64,000 nucleotides of DNA from Octopus sinensis (taxonomy: Eukaryota). This document shows positions 1 through 12,827 of this stretch, piece after piece. The translations under genes were made by a program, and so were the position numbers. Under the pieces are notes generated by a model. The model made no database searches. It had not been told where the DNA came from and saw only the letters and a list, made by a program, of their open reading frames with translations. The stretch covers positions 2,542,001 through 2,606,000 of the forward strand of contig NC_043000.1 of NCBI RefSeq assembly GCF_006345805.1. The letters run 5' to 3'. How positions within the stretch are numbered: the stretch's first letter is position 1; each line of letters begins with the position of its first letter.

Positions 1-5
1 GGCCA

Positions 6-66
6 GATAACTGAAGAGATAGCAGCGTGGGTTTCTGCCCCAACATCCGAAACTCGGAGTTTTATC
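6..66 (+). ncRNA. Candidate minimal type I hammerhead ribozyme (Penelope-like pLTR type)
   Basis: Stem I GATAA(6-10)/TTATC(62-66); core CTGAAGA(11-17); imperfect stem II (GAT/ATC plus GCAG/CTGC); GAAA(49-52); short near-palindromic stem III ACT-CGG-AGT(52-60); cleavage triplet GTT(59-61). Confidence 0.5.
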
Positions 67-285
67 ATGACTACCAAATAATTGTCACATATTATATTTA
101 CAGATATATATATATGTCTTGTACTGTTTTTTGTTGTTTGAAAAAAATTTTGTTTCCATGTTTTTGTTTCTCATTGTGTTCAACGTTTTTTTTTATGTCC
201 TGTACCCATATATGCATGTATATATACATGTAGATGTAGGTATGTACATATATGTATGTATATATGCATATATTTGTATATTATT

Positions 286-328
<43 letters not shown>

Positions 329-331
<3 letters not shown>

Positions 332-478
332 GATGGGCTTCTTTCAGTTTCCATTCACAAGGCTTTAGTTGGTTCAGGACTTTATTGGAAAACACTTTCC
401 CAACATGCAACACAGTACAAATGAACTTAAAACTACATGATTGTGAAGCAAACTTGTTCACTACACAAACATGCCTAT
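329..478 (-). mobile_element. Decayed 5' half of SINE-A next to a (TA)n tract
   Basis: gggcttctttcagtttcc...cacaaggcttt matches the reverse complement of other SINE-A copies. Confidence 0.7.
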
Positions 479-588
479 ATATTAACGTGCTTCATGTTGT
501 TTGTTATCGTTTTGAAAGCCTACATTTACAGTGTTGAGCCATTTCTCTTTGGTCTATGTCTGTCATTTATGATATATATACATATTAA

Positions 589-2460
589 CCCTTTAGTGTT
601 CAGATTAATTTGTCAAATGTAACGCTTATCTGTTCACATTAATTTGGATTTATTCAGGTTCAAGTGGGGTGTCCGCAATATTTGCTTGTAACTTTGTTAA
701 TTTTCTACATACAGATTTGAAATTTTATAAATGGGTGCTTATATGCAAGTGGTTTATAGTTACATAATTTTAGCTGATCTTTCTAATTAAATTTGACTTT
801 TATGGACAGGTAAATTTAATTAACAGGTGTAAAAACAATAACATTATGAATAAACACTAAAATTAATATTCTTAATACATCTTACCTGTTTGATTTGTTA
901 CTAAAATCATCCCAGATGTCAACTGCCAACAATTTTACATTTTTCAAGACAAGGTAAATTAATTTGAATTAATTAAAATACAGGTCTAATTGGAACAAGA
1001 TTTTATTCTTTCTCTATTTTTCATTCAAACATTTTCATTGAAAATAAAGTACAAAACTCTTTATTAGGCAATATACCATTGGCTATGTACTCTTATACAA
1101 TATAATGAATTCATTTACATAACAGAATGCATCTAATAAAAAAGCTCATTAACAGGTGAGACAAAGGTGAATACAGGTGTGTAACATACTGAAAATTAAT
1201 ATGTATTTCTCACTTTCACATATTATTTATAATAAAATGAAAAAGAATATATGATAAAATAATATAGTTATGACATATTTCTGTCATGAAACTGCCCAAA
1301 GCACCCTTTACACAAGGTCACTTTGCAAAAGGAACACATATACAAAGTCTCAATCTGAAACCCTCTTTTAGTTTTTCTTTTTTTGCACCAAACACAGTCT
1401 GCAAACTTTTTTTTCTTCCATTTATCTTTTCGACTTTATGGAAGTCAATATTTTCTCTGTTGACATCCACCTCAGTTAATTTTGCTTTTCTCCCAGTTCT
1501 GTGCTTTCTAGAAGAAAAGCCCTCACGTAACTGAGATGCGATGTCAACCCGAAATTTCAAAGGGTCGTAGTCCTTTGATGGTGGAGGTAACTTGTGGTTT
1601 TTTTACATACACAATATATGAATTAACTATAGATAAATTAACTAAAAACCACAAAATGTACCTCCACCATTTCTTCACAGGTTGACCAACTGGGTAATGT
1701 GCCTGATATTGGTCAGATTTATCAACCCCACCCATATATTTGTTATAACAAATATTCACTAGGGGTTTCCCCTTAGCACCAACACCAGGTTATTCATTAG
1801 TAGACAGAAATAAAATCTGTCTTTTGTCTTTGAAAGCAGTAGCTAATAAATTTTCATTTTGCATTTGTAAAATGTCCCCTCTTTTTTAAAATTTTGTTTT
1901 CATTTCACAGGGTAAACCTCTGTGGTTGCCCATAACAGAACTGTATGTGTAAGTACTTACACGGGCAAGATTTTCTGCTAAAGCCACTGACGAAAAGAAT
2001 GTCAAAATAGAGGTGTCAGTGCTGATGGTGAAGTGGTTCAGTAAGGGACCATACTACATCATGTTCCACTCCATATAGTCTTTTTCCATTACCTGTGTAA
2101 GCATCGAAGTTTACACAATATCCAGGGTCTGATTCATAAACTTCCCATAACTTGATCCCCCATTTAGTGGGTTTGGCAGGCATGCACTGCCAAAAATGTA
2201 CTCTACCCTTATAGCCTATCATGGCTTCATCTACACTGAGATTTTTCCCAGGTAGATACTCAGTTTTATAACTATTAAGGTGTAAATCAATTACATGACA
2301 TACTTTGTACAGAGGATTATAGTTTGGGTCGTTTTTGCTGGGGTCATTAACAGAATCAATTAAATGTAAATACTGAGATATTTTTGAACACCTTGTCTTT
2401 GACATTATACTTGAGATATATGGATCACCATACCTTATATCAAGACTCCAGTAGTTCCAC
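589..2460 (-). mobile_element. piggyBac transposon, 3' half, with pseudogenised transposase
   Basis: Frameshifted motifs LSVDEAMIGYKGR, MPAKPTKWGIKLW, HLYFD, ATAFKDKRQILFLST, YNKYMGGVDKSDQ, KKWWRYILWFLVN and a C-terminal Cys-rich ETLYMCSFCKVTLC. TTAA (585-588) followed by CCCTTT lies on the expected 3' side. The left end is not found. Confidence 0.92.
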
Positions 2461-2536
2461 AGTCGAGGAAGCTATTAGGTTTACTTCTATAGTGTGCACT
2501 GTCTGCATTGTACTTGTATTATACTAAGTATAGGTG

Positions 2537-2911
2537 TAGGAGTGGCTGTGTGGTAAGTAGCTTGCTTATGAACTACATGGTTCCGGGTTCAGTCCTACTG
2601 CGTGGCACTTTGGGCAAGTGTCTTCAACCATAACCTTGTGAGTGGATTTGGTAGACGGAAACTGAAAGAAGCCTGTCGTATGTATGTATATATATATGTG
2701 TGTGTATGTTTGTGTGACTGTGTTTGTCCTCCCAACATTGCTTGACAACCGATGCTGGTGTGTTAACATCCCCATAACTTAGCAGTTCGGCAAAAGAGAC
2801 CGATAGAATAAGTACTGGGCTTCCAATGAATAAGTCCTGGGGCCAATTTGCTCGACTAAAGGCAGTGCTCCAGCCTGGCCACAGTCAAATGACTGAAACG
2901 AGTAAAAGAGT
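2537..2911 (+). mobile_element. SINE-A, full length (tRNA-like head, internal TA/TG microsatellite, GTAAAAGA tail)
   Basis: A-box-like TGGCTGTGTGG and B-box-like GGTTCAGTCC; about 20 related copies in the window. Confidence 0.9.
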
Positions 2912-3884
2912 ATTGTTGGTGATGATAAAGTGTAATAGCTTATATTCACACACACATTGTGTGATTAGTTGGTACTTGAACAGGACTTAGATGGTGTTGA
3001 TTAATACCAATATTTCAATTCTGCTTTGAAGTCAGCCTCCAGATTTAATATATCTTTAAGACAATTCTATCCTTGACAAGTTCAGGTCACTCAAAAGCAT
3101 GATATTAATATAAGCATCAAAACCCTTGAAGATCTTTATACTTAGAGTCTCTTCAAAACACTTACTATGAGAAGCAGCATGAAACTGCCAGAGTGTGCTT
3201 ATTCACAGCAATAACATACTATCAAACAAATTTTATGCTGAATAACTCATTTCTTTCTTCAGTTAACTGTCTTCCCTTCAAAGATGAAGGTGAGAAATTT
3301 AAGCAGAGAACTTTTTTTTTCTGACGGATTTTGGTCATTTCATGAAATTTTGTGTCTCTTTCAATCAATTCTATTTAATAAAATACATTTTATTGTTACT
3401 GAATGCAATTATAGGTTATTATAGATAGACAGACAGATAAATATGGCTGAATCGATACAGTGGTAGGCAAACAGTTGAAATCTTGGTGTTGGTATTTTAA
3501 TAAATGTCGACTTCACAACCACATCAGTCAGGGATGGCTTGCAATCACTATGGGTCCTACATTGGGTTCATGGCCAAGATATTTAACACTCAAATTTCTC
3601 AGTTCTCCAAGCGAGGAGATGAACAGACCACTCCTTTAAGAAATAACATTGTTGCACAATTGATGATTGATAAATTATCTTACAGTGCTGGATTCAACTT
3701 CTTCGAGAAATACTAGACTGTACCTCTCCTCACAGCATAGAAATATGTTTGGCTGTGGAAAATTCATTAAGCAGATGTTTATCAATACAAACTATCACCG
3801 TTTTCTTTAGACATTAGTTATTGTGTAGCTCCAGTTCAGCCCTGAATCAGCAGTCTTAGGATCAAAGAATATATCAGTTGTATA

Positions 3885-4057
3885 CAGTTTTTTCACGCTC
3901 AGAGTTGCTGAAGCATGGAATAAACTGCATGCGTCAGTTGTTGACTGCCCTGACACTGCATCCTTCAAGGCCCTCATGCTTTCCGAAATCCGCCGAAACT
4001 ACACCTGATTATATATACACTTTAGATGAGTTGTAGTGCACCTGAGCACTGTACACA

Positions 4058-4107
<50 letters not shown>

Positions 4108-4115
4108 CATTATTA
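3885..4115 (+). mobile_element. CR1-type LINE 3' end with (ATT)n tail
   Basis: Translates FTLRVAEAWNKLHASVVDCPDTASFKALM*, the typical CR1 ORF2 C-terminus, followed by a short UTR and an ATT repeat. Confidence 0.75.
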
Positions 4116-4214
4116 TTATTATCAGACAATAATCCCACCTCTCTCTCTCTCTCCCACCCTCACACACACACACACACACAAAGTATATCTAGGATTTTAT
4201 CTTTTGTCTTAAGG

Positions 4215-4580
4215 TGCCATTTCTAGAATGGAAATCATGTTCTGCCACTATTCTCTGTTCTTTGTTTCCAGTAACAGTTCCACTTGATGTTTAACGCCTC
4301 TTTCTTCCAACAAGATCATCAAATTCACATCCATATCATCCTTCTCCTTCCTCTGCTTCTTTTCCCTTCAATATTTCTGGTTATTGCTAAATTTTCCAGG
4401 CCCTCTTTCCTCATCACACGACCAAGAAATCTCACTTGTTTTATCCTAATCTCACAAAACATTTTCCTATTTACCATAGCCTGGGTTCATCACTTCTTCA
4501 TTAGACACTTCCATACTATCTTCCTATCCTCAATATTCTCTTTTATCCATGCTATCCTCAATATTATCCTTTAGAACCAC
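4215..4580 (-). mobile_element. RTE LINE ORF2 C-terminal fragment (old)
   Basis: Minus-strand translation contains SNEEV...IRIKQVRFLGRVMRKEGLENLAITRNIEGKRSRGRRRMIW. Confidence 0.8.
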
Positions 4581-4624
4581 AATTCACAGTTCCCCAAGCA
4601 CCTCATTTCTGATTTTATAGACTG

Positions 4625-4897
4625 CCTTACTGGCACCTGTGCCAGTGGCATGTGTAACAAGATTTGAGCGAGCTCGTTGCCAGTACCACCTGACTGGCCC
4701 CATGCCGGTGGCATGTAAAAGCACCCACTACATTCTCGGAGTGGTTGGCGTTATGAAGGGCATCCAGCTGTAGAAACTCTGCCAGATCAAGATTGGAGCC
4801 TGGTGCAGCCATCTGGTTCGCCAGGCCTCAGTCAAATCGTCCAACTCATGCTAGCATGGAAAGCGGATGTTAAACGAGGATGATGATGATGATGACA
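4625..4897 (+). mobile_element. RTE LINE 3' UTR copy with (GAT)n tail
   Basis: Matches 27640-27840 of the long RTE element. Confidence 0.88.
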
Positions 4898-5219
4898 TTA
4901 TCCAATATTTTTTTCTATTTTAGGACAGTGTTCTGACATGAGCATATGATGGAAATTTCCTTACTATTTTGGGCAGATCAAGCAACCTCTTTAAGTTATA
5001 CTTGATATCTTCAGTTACATAAAATCTTAGTGTTTCATAGGTCTTGCATAAGTTAGGTATGGGACTCTCCTATAAGTTTACAGAATCCTGCATCATCATC
5101 ACCATCAACTATCCACCACAACCACTTACCCATCATTAACATAGTATGATTTCCCACTATTTCTTCTCTTACTACTTTGATGTTTCCTGCCCAAATTACT
5201 AGATAATATACTGTCTTCA

Positions 5220-5565
5220 TAAGGCGGCGAGCTGGCAGAAACGTTAGCACGCCGGGTGAAATGCTTAGCGGTATTTTGTCTGTCGCTACGCTCTAAGTTC
5301 AAATTCCACCAGGTCGACTTTGCCTTTCATCCTTTCGGGGTCGATTAAATAAGTGCCTGTTACGCACTGGGGTTGATATAATCGACTTAATCTGTTTGAC
5401 TGTCCTTGTTTGTCCTCTCTGTGTTTAGCCCCTTATGGGTAGTAAAGAAATAGGTATTTCGTCTGCTGTTACGTTCTGAGTTCATCCTTTTGGGGGTCGA
5501 TAAATTAAGTACCAGTTGCATACTGGGGTTGATCTAATTGACTGGCCTTGTGCCTAGAGTAGAAA
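5220..5565 (+). mobile_element. SINE-B (tRNA-like head, Meta-like central domain) with a partial second unit; 17-bp TSD
   Basis: GGTCGACTTTGCCTTTCATCCTTTCGGGGTCGAT resembles the MetaSINE domain; ATAATATACTGTCTTCA flanks both ends. Confidence 0.88.
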
Positions 5566-5589
5566 ATAATATACTGTCTTCACCAAAGC

Positions 5590-5830
5590 CCACCTGGTTT
5601 CATATACCTTTCCTCATTTTGGCAAACCGACATTTAAAATCCCACATTAAACACTTCACGGAACTCTTCATCTTCAGAACTGCTGCACTCCCAAACCATC
5701 TTTCTGCCCTTACTTTGCTTGCAGACATCAAACTGCAGAATTTCAATCTGAACATCAACCGCATTAACCTCAATAGTTTTGGTGGGAGCTTTGGAAAGGC
5801 TGTGGGTGTAAGCCCCTCCTCTTCAGATTA
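5590..5830 (+). mobile_element. Old CR1/L2-group LINE ORF2 C-terminal remnant
   Basis: KHFTELFIFRTAALPNHL...LQNFNLNINRINL resembles the SFFPRT..LWN.LP...LQ.FK..IN ending. Confidence 0.45.
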
Positions 5831-5874
5831 AATAGTTAATAACAATTATTGATGCTCTTATTGTTGTCTGTGAC

Positions 5875-6148
5875 CTCTGCCATCATTGGAAACTCCAGCA
5901 CCATCACCACCACCACAAACACCACTGACACTGCTACCAGAACCCTTGCCACCACCACCACCACCATAAATGCTACAATCATCATTACAAAAAGGACCAC
6001 CCCCTAGCACACCTACCACCATCATTGTCATATTCATTCCCATCATTATCATCATCATCATCATCATCATCATCATTATCAAGATAATCATCATAATCAC
6101 CACCATCCACAACATAACCACCTCCACCACTCTCGACATCAGCATCAG

Positions 6149-6180
<32 letters not shown>

Positions 6181-6240
6181 ACATTGCCATCTTCATTATA
6201 ATCTTTGTCATCATCACCGTCGTTGTTGTCGCCCTCATCA
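5875..6240. repeat. (CAC/CAT)n trinucleotide array
   Basis: Seen directly; explains the poly-I, poly-M and poly-D ORFs. Confidence 0.95.
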
Positions 6241-6284
6241 AAGAGCACAAAGCCAGCAGTTATCAAAAGTTATCTATATTGGAA

Positions 6285-6410
6285 AAACAGCAACGTTTGC
6301 GGATATTAAATATTCACCGAAGTAATATTAGCTTTGTGCTGACGGCGAACATAATTTCAAACGAACCAAGATGGCGGTCAACAGCCATTTTGATTTGCCT
6401 CCGTGTTATC
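6285..6410. promoter_or_regulatory. CpG-retaining unique segment with two inverted YY1-like motifs
   Basis: CAAGATGGC(6367-6375) and GCCATTTTG(6384-6392); several CpGs in a CpG-poor background. Confidence 0.3.
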
Positions 6411-6604
6411 AATTCAAACAAGAAATAATGGAAGGCCCATAGTTCTGTGCTTGTATTATGAAAGAATTTTCCAAACTCTATTGTTTGCTAAATACTTCAG
6501 TTTTATCTGAAGTGAAACAAAACAAATAAATAGACAATATGAAATAAATATAAATAAAAATGGTTTAGCTGTTGTGTACGGGCCTCGAGTATATAGACTG
6601 AAAA

Positions 6605-6631
6605 TGGTGTATGTATGCATTTATGTATGTA

Positions 6632-6673
<42 letters not shown>

Positions 6674-6694
6674 ATATATATATATATATATGTG

Positions 6695-6730
<36 letters not shown>

Positions 6731-6835
6731 TGTATATATATGTATATATAATGTATATATATGTATATATATATATATATTATATATATGTATATATATA
6801 TATCTATATGTATATATAATGTATATATATATATG

Positions 6836-6914
<79 letters not shown>

Positions 6915-7007
6915 GTATATATATATATGTATATGTATATATATATGTATATATATATATATATATATGTATATGTATATATATAATATATGTATATATA
7001 TATAATG

Positions 7008-7042
<35 letters not shown>

Positions 7043-7239
7043 GTATATATATATACATATATACATATATACACACACATGCAAACACACAAATTGATAT
7101 ACATATATATATGAAAATAAATACTTACACACATATAAACATACATATCTTTATGTATGAATATATATATATATACACACACACATACATACCTATGCAC
7201 ATGCAATATGTATTCATACATTATATATAATTACACATA

Positions 7240-7271
<32 letters not shown>

Positions 7272-7640
7272 AATATATATATACATATATATATATACGC
7301 ATACATACATACATACATACATACATATTGACATGTGAGTGCATGCATGAATAGATGTATTTATACATATATATAGATATATGCTCTTGAATATGTGTAT
7401 ATTTAGTGTATGTATTTTTGAGTATGTGTGTGAGGATATATATATATATATATATATATTTGTGTGTGTGTGTTGTATATATATATATATATGTATAGAG
7501 GTATGTGTATATATATGTATACATGTGTATGTGTGTGTGAATATATAAATATTTATATATGCATTGCATGTGTATATTATATGTGTTTACCTTTATATAC
7601 CATACACATACATATATACACATGTTTAGGCTAATATTTT
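6605..7640. repeat. Long (TA)n/(TG)n/(CA)n microsatellite block
   Basis: Seen directly; source of the YIYI ORFs. Confidence 0.97.
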
Positions 7641-8041
7641 TACGACAGATAAAATATGCACATAAAAATATAAAAAATTTTTTCTGAAAGAAAGTAATTA
7701 TATGTTTATTTGACTGAGAGAAAGAAAGAAGGGTGGGGGTGGGGGGTGGAAGAAAGTGAAAGTAAGTGTGCATATGGTATGTATATGTCTGTGTGTGTGG
7801 TATATATGTGTGTGTATACACACATACAGACATATATTCATTCATCACTCTCTGTTCTGTCTTAGCATTCAGTTTCCATGCTGTTGTGCTTTACACAGTT
7901 TTGTGATATGGAACATTGGTATGTCTGTATATCTAACACACACATACTTACATATGTCTGTCTGTCTGTCTCTCTATGTATGTATATATATATTTGTGTA
8001 TATATAATATATATATATGTGTGTATGTGTGTGTGTATATA

Positions 8042-8268
8042 TACTCTTTTACTCTTTTACTTCTTTCAGTCATTTGACTGCGGCCATGCTGGAGCACCGC
8101 CTTTTTTAATCAAGCAACTCGAACCCGGGACTTATTCTTTTGTAAGCCCAGTACTTATTCTATCCGTCTCTTTTGCCGAACCGCTAAGTAACGGGGACGT
8201 AAACACACCAGCATCGGTTGTCAAGCAATGCTAGGGGGACAAACACAGACACACAAACACACTCACGC

Positions 8269-8299
<31 letters not shown>

Positions 8300-8459
8300 T
8301 ACGACGGGCTTCTTTCAGTTTCCGTCTACCAAATCCACTCACAAGGCTTTGGTCGGCCCAGGGCTATAGTAGAAGACACTTGCCCAAGGTGCCACGCAGT
8401 GGGACTGAACCCAGAACCATGTGGTTGGTAAACAAGCTACTTACCACACAGCCACTCCT
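8042..8459 (-). mobile_element. SINE-A, full length
   Basis: Reverse complement matches 60965-61346. Confidence 0.92.
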
Positions 8460-8689
8460 TCAAGCATATATACTTATACGTATATGTATATCTATTTAAA
8501 TGTGTGTATATGTATGGTTCTGCATGCAGTATGCATATGCAAATGTATGAAGTTATATAGTTTGTATGTATGTGTATACATATGCACACTGATAACCTTA
8601 CTAGCTTGATTAGTAATATTGTCCATGCACAAACATTGCTGCATGGATATACACACACACACATTTCAATTCATTGTTGCACATACACT

Positions 8690-8772
8690 CATCTCTCTAG
8701 AGATATAGATATATGCCTATATTATAAATCTCTCTCTCTCTACCTATATATATATATACAGTATATATATAT

Positions 8773-8821
<49 letters not shown>

Positions 8822-8851
8822 GCATACATTCATACATACATACCTGTATCT

Positions 8852-8899
<48 letters not shown>

Positions 8900-8986
8900 T
8901 ATCTATCTATACATATATATATACATACATATACATTATATATATAGACCTGTATCTATACATATGAATATTTATGTACGTGCGTG

Positions 8987-9025
<39 letters not shown>

Positions 9026-9102
9026 TTGTTTCTGTACATATATATATATGTGTGTGTATATATATATATATGTGTGTGTGTATATATATATATATGTGTG
9101 TG

Positions 9103-9144
<42 letters not shown>

Positions 9145-9205
9145 TAGATAGATAGATAGATATAGATATCGATATATATATATGTATGTATGTATGTATG
9201 TAGTA
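8690..9205. repeat. (TA)n/(TG)n/(GA)n microsatellite block
   Basis: Seen directly. Confidence 0.95.
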
Positions 9206-9267
9206 TATTGACATGAAACGTCTCTCTGTCTTTTACGTATATTAATAATCACACTGTGTGCCATTAC

Positions 9268-9317
9268 CTTAGCTGTTGTTTCCTTTCTATGGTCACTGCT
9301 TGGACATTGTGTAATAA
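9268..9317 (-). other. Candidate 50-nt exon of an unidentified host transcript
   Basis: Minus strand ctctttcag|TTATTAC...GCTAAG|gtaatg; two open frames (LLHNVQAVTIERKQQL; ITQCPSSDHRKETTAK). No homology recognised. Confidence 0.3.
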
Positions 9318-9479
9318 CTGAAAGAGTATTAATAAACACTTTAGATATGACGGGAATTGTATGAAAATCCTTTCAAACACCTCTTTATAGTTTCCGACTT
9401 TGTTTATGGCTTTTTGATGGTGTGATAAATTAATCACTCACTGGTCATTCATAGCCACAGAGAAAGTATTGTTTAATAG

Positions 9480-10330
9480 TTTGTTGCGATGGCCAGTTTG
9501 ATATAATGAGTCTGGTGTAAGGGATAGTTTAGTGTAATTGTCATACTTAGGTGAAAGCCTGCCTGATGTGATAGCCTCGCTAATGTCCCATTCGATGTGA
9601 TGGCCTCTATGCTTAGATGACCATGGTGTTGTGATGGATAGTCTGGCGTGATCTCCCCCATGGTGTGACAGGCACTCTAATAATTATCAGTTTGGTCAGT
9701 TGTTGTCTGTGGTGCTATGGGCTGCTAGATGTGATTGATAGTCTAAAATTATGACCAATTTATTATGATGGACAGTCTGCTGCGATGACCAGTCTGTGGT
9801 GATGACCAGTCTGTTGTGATGACCAATCTGCTGTGATGGACAGTCTAGTATGAGAGGCAGTCTAGTACCATAGCCACCCTGATGCGATTGATAGCCTGGT
9901 GTTATGGCTTCTGTGCTGAGATGGTCAGTTTGCTGTAATGCCCTCTTTGCTGAGAGGTTAGTTTCCTATGTTGGCCCCTGTGCTGAGGTTGTCTTTTTCC
10001 TGTGATGGTTGGTCTGGTGTGGTGGACAGTCTTGTTTAATAGTCTTCTGTAGTTGTGATAGCCTGTCTAGTTTGATGGCTAGTCTAGTGCAATGGCTAGT
10101 TTGATGGCTAGTCTAGTGCAATGGCTAGTTTGATGGCTAGTCTAGTGCAATGGCTAGTTTGATGTGATGACCAGTCAAGTGTGATGTTCAGGCTGATATG
10201 ACGGCCAGTCTGGTGTAATGGTCAATGCAATGTGATGACCAGACTGGTGTGATGTCCTTTGTGGTGTGATTACTTGTTTTGTGTCACGGCCAGTCTGGGG
10301 CTATGGTCTGTCTGGTTTGGGTGTTGGTTA
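9480..10330. repeat. Degenerate ~18-bp minisatellite with a 29-bp x3 near-perfect sub-array
   Basis: Recurring GTGATGACCAGTCTG(C/G)T; TTTGATGGCTAGTCTAGTGCAATGGCTAG x3 at about 10071-10160. Confidence 0.8.
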
Positions 10331-10569
10331 GTCTTTTGTATAACATCTGGATAACAACTTGTTATCTTGCAGCCAGTGTTGTGTGACAGACAGATGATCA
10401 CATTTGACAAGTTTATCATGTGTCACAGACAATCATATTCAAGAGATAATCTTGTGTGACATTCACAGATGTGTGACCTAAACATCAATAGCCATAAAAA
10501 TAATTACAACACAAACAAGATTTTTACTAGATTGGAAGAGAAATAAAAAGTTGAAAGCCTGCACATACT

Positions 10570-10830
<261 letters not shown>

Positions 10831-11718
10831 GTATGCATGCATATATACATATGCATACACAATATACATACATTTTCATTTATACATACACGTGTGTATA
10901 TACATGTGTATTTGCTGAAACATACAGGCATATGTATTTAGAAAGGCATCTGATTCTGTATATATGTGTGTGTGTGTGTATATAAATATACACACACAGA
11001 CACACATTACTACCACTACCACCTCCACCACCATCGCTTTAACGTCCACTTTTCCATGCATTTATCTTCCTCTTCCTCTTCCTCTCTTTCCATCTCTATT
11101 ATGTAAATATATGCATATGTACACACGCAAACTTTGTTTAAGTGTACACACACAGGTACACATTTAAACATTGGCATAACTCTACTAACGTGCATACACA
11201 TACATACACACCACAATGCACACGATATATAAAGATTCAATAAAACTTCATTAAATCTGTGTTAATTGGTTATTGAAGTTTGATAGAGAAATAACAGATG
11301 TTTGTTGGGGTCGTGGGTGAAGATTTTCATATGAACCATACAGAAACACAGACACATTTCCACCAGTATAGGTGCACCTCTACACACCATATACCAGCTC
11401 TCTCTCTCTCTCTCTCTCACTTTCTCTCTTTCTCACCCCCACCCTCATCGAAGAACTATTGACTCAGCTCCTCAAATACCCCTGGCCTCCTCCTCAACAC
11501 ACCACAGACCACAGACACAACTCTACCTCCCACCAGTACACCTCCACTCACACTCAGCACAGACACACTTCAACACAACATAGCCACATTCATCCACAAT
11601 CCACACACACCAACAACGTGTGGTGTATGTATATATATATTTATGTGTGTGTGTATAATATATATATATATATGTATATATATATATTGTAATATATAAT
11701 ATATATAATATATGTGTG

Positions 11719-11759
<41 letters not shown>

Positions 11760-12408
11760 GTATATTATTGTATATATATATGATATATATATATGTGTGG
11801 TAGGTGTGTATATATATATATATATATATAAATAAATATATTGTATATATAATATATGTGTGTGTATGTGTATATAATAATATATATGTGTGTGTGTATG
11901 TGTATATATATATAGATATAGGTAATATATATATATTATATATTATATATATATATATATTAGTGTATTATATATATATGTATATATATTGTATATATGT
12001 ATATGCATATATAATATTATCTACCTTAACACACACTGTAGACATTACCATAGACCCACCTCTTCAGACAACCTCAACATACTACAGACATATCTCAACG
12101 CATCACAGACACCTCCATCCAACAAAGACATCATCACTCACACACCTCTACTCAACACATACATAAACCACTGATAAGTGTCGCCACAAACCTACCTCTG
12201 ACACATCTTAAGACACCATAGATTAAATCTCACAGACACAATACATAGACATAACCTACATGAAAGACAGCCGCATAATCCCCCACAACATCACAGCCAG
12301 TAACCACTGAACCTCCCCACTCCAGCATCCCAAAGACTCACCCCCACACAATACATAGCCTGTTACTGATAGACTTCATTTGATGCATTATAGGTATATG
12401 ATCATCAA

Positions 12409-12827
12409 AAGGCGGTGAGCTGGCAGATACGTTACCACGCCGGATGAAATGCTTAGTGGTATTTCGTCTGTTGTTACGTTGTGAGTTCAAATTCCGCCGA
12501 GGTTGACTTTGCCTTTCATCCTTTCGGGGTCGATAAATTAAGTACCAGTTCTGCACTGGGGTCGATGTAATCGACTTAATACCTATGTCTGTCCTTGTTT
12601 GTCCCATTTATGTTTAGCCCCTTGTGGGTAATAAAGAAATAGGTATTTCGTCTACCACTCCACGTTCTGAGTTCAAATTCCGCCGAGGTTGACTTTGCCT
12701 TTCATCCTTTCGGGGTCGATAAATTAAGTACCAGTTCTGCACTGGGGTCGATGTAATCAACTTAATACCTATGTCTGTCCTTGTTTGTCCCATTTATGTT
12801 TAGCCCCTTGTGGGTAATAAAGAAATA
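12409..12827 (+). mobile_element. SINE-B dimer (head + two ~184-bp units) within one 16-bp TSD
   Basis: Units 12458-12641 and 12642-12827; TSD G(G/T)TATATGATCATCAA at 12393-12408 and 12828-12843. Confidence 0.92.

Noticed and set aside
6503-9339. Many long YIYI/VCVC ORFs in the ORF track
   Set aside because: They are translations of TA/TG/CA microsatellites, open in several frames on both strands.
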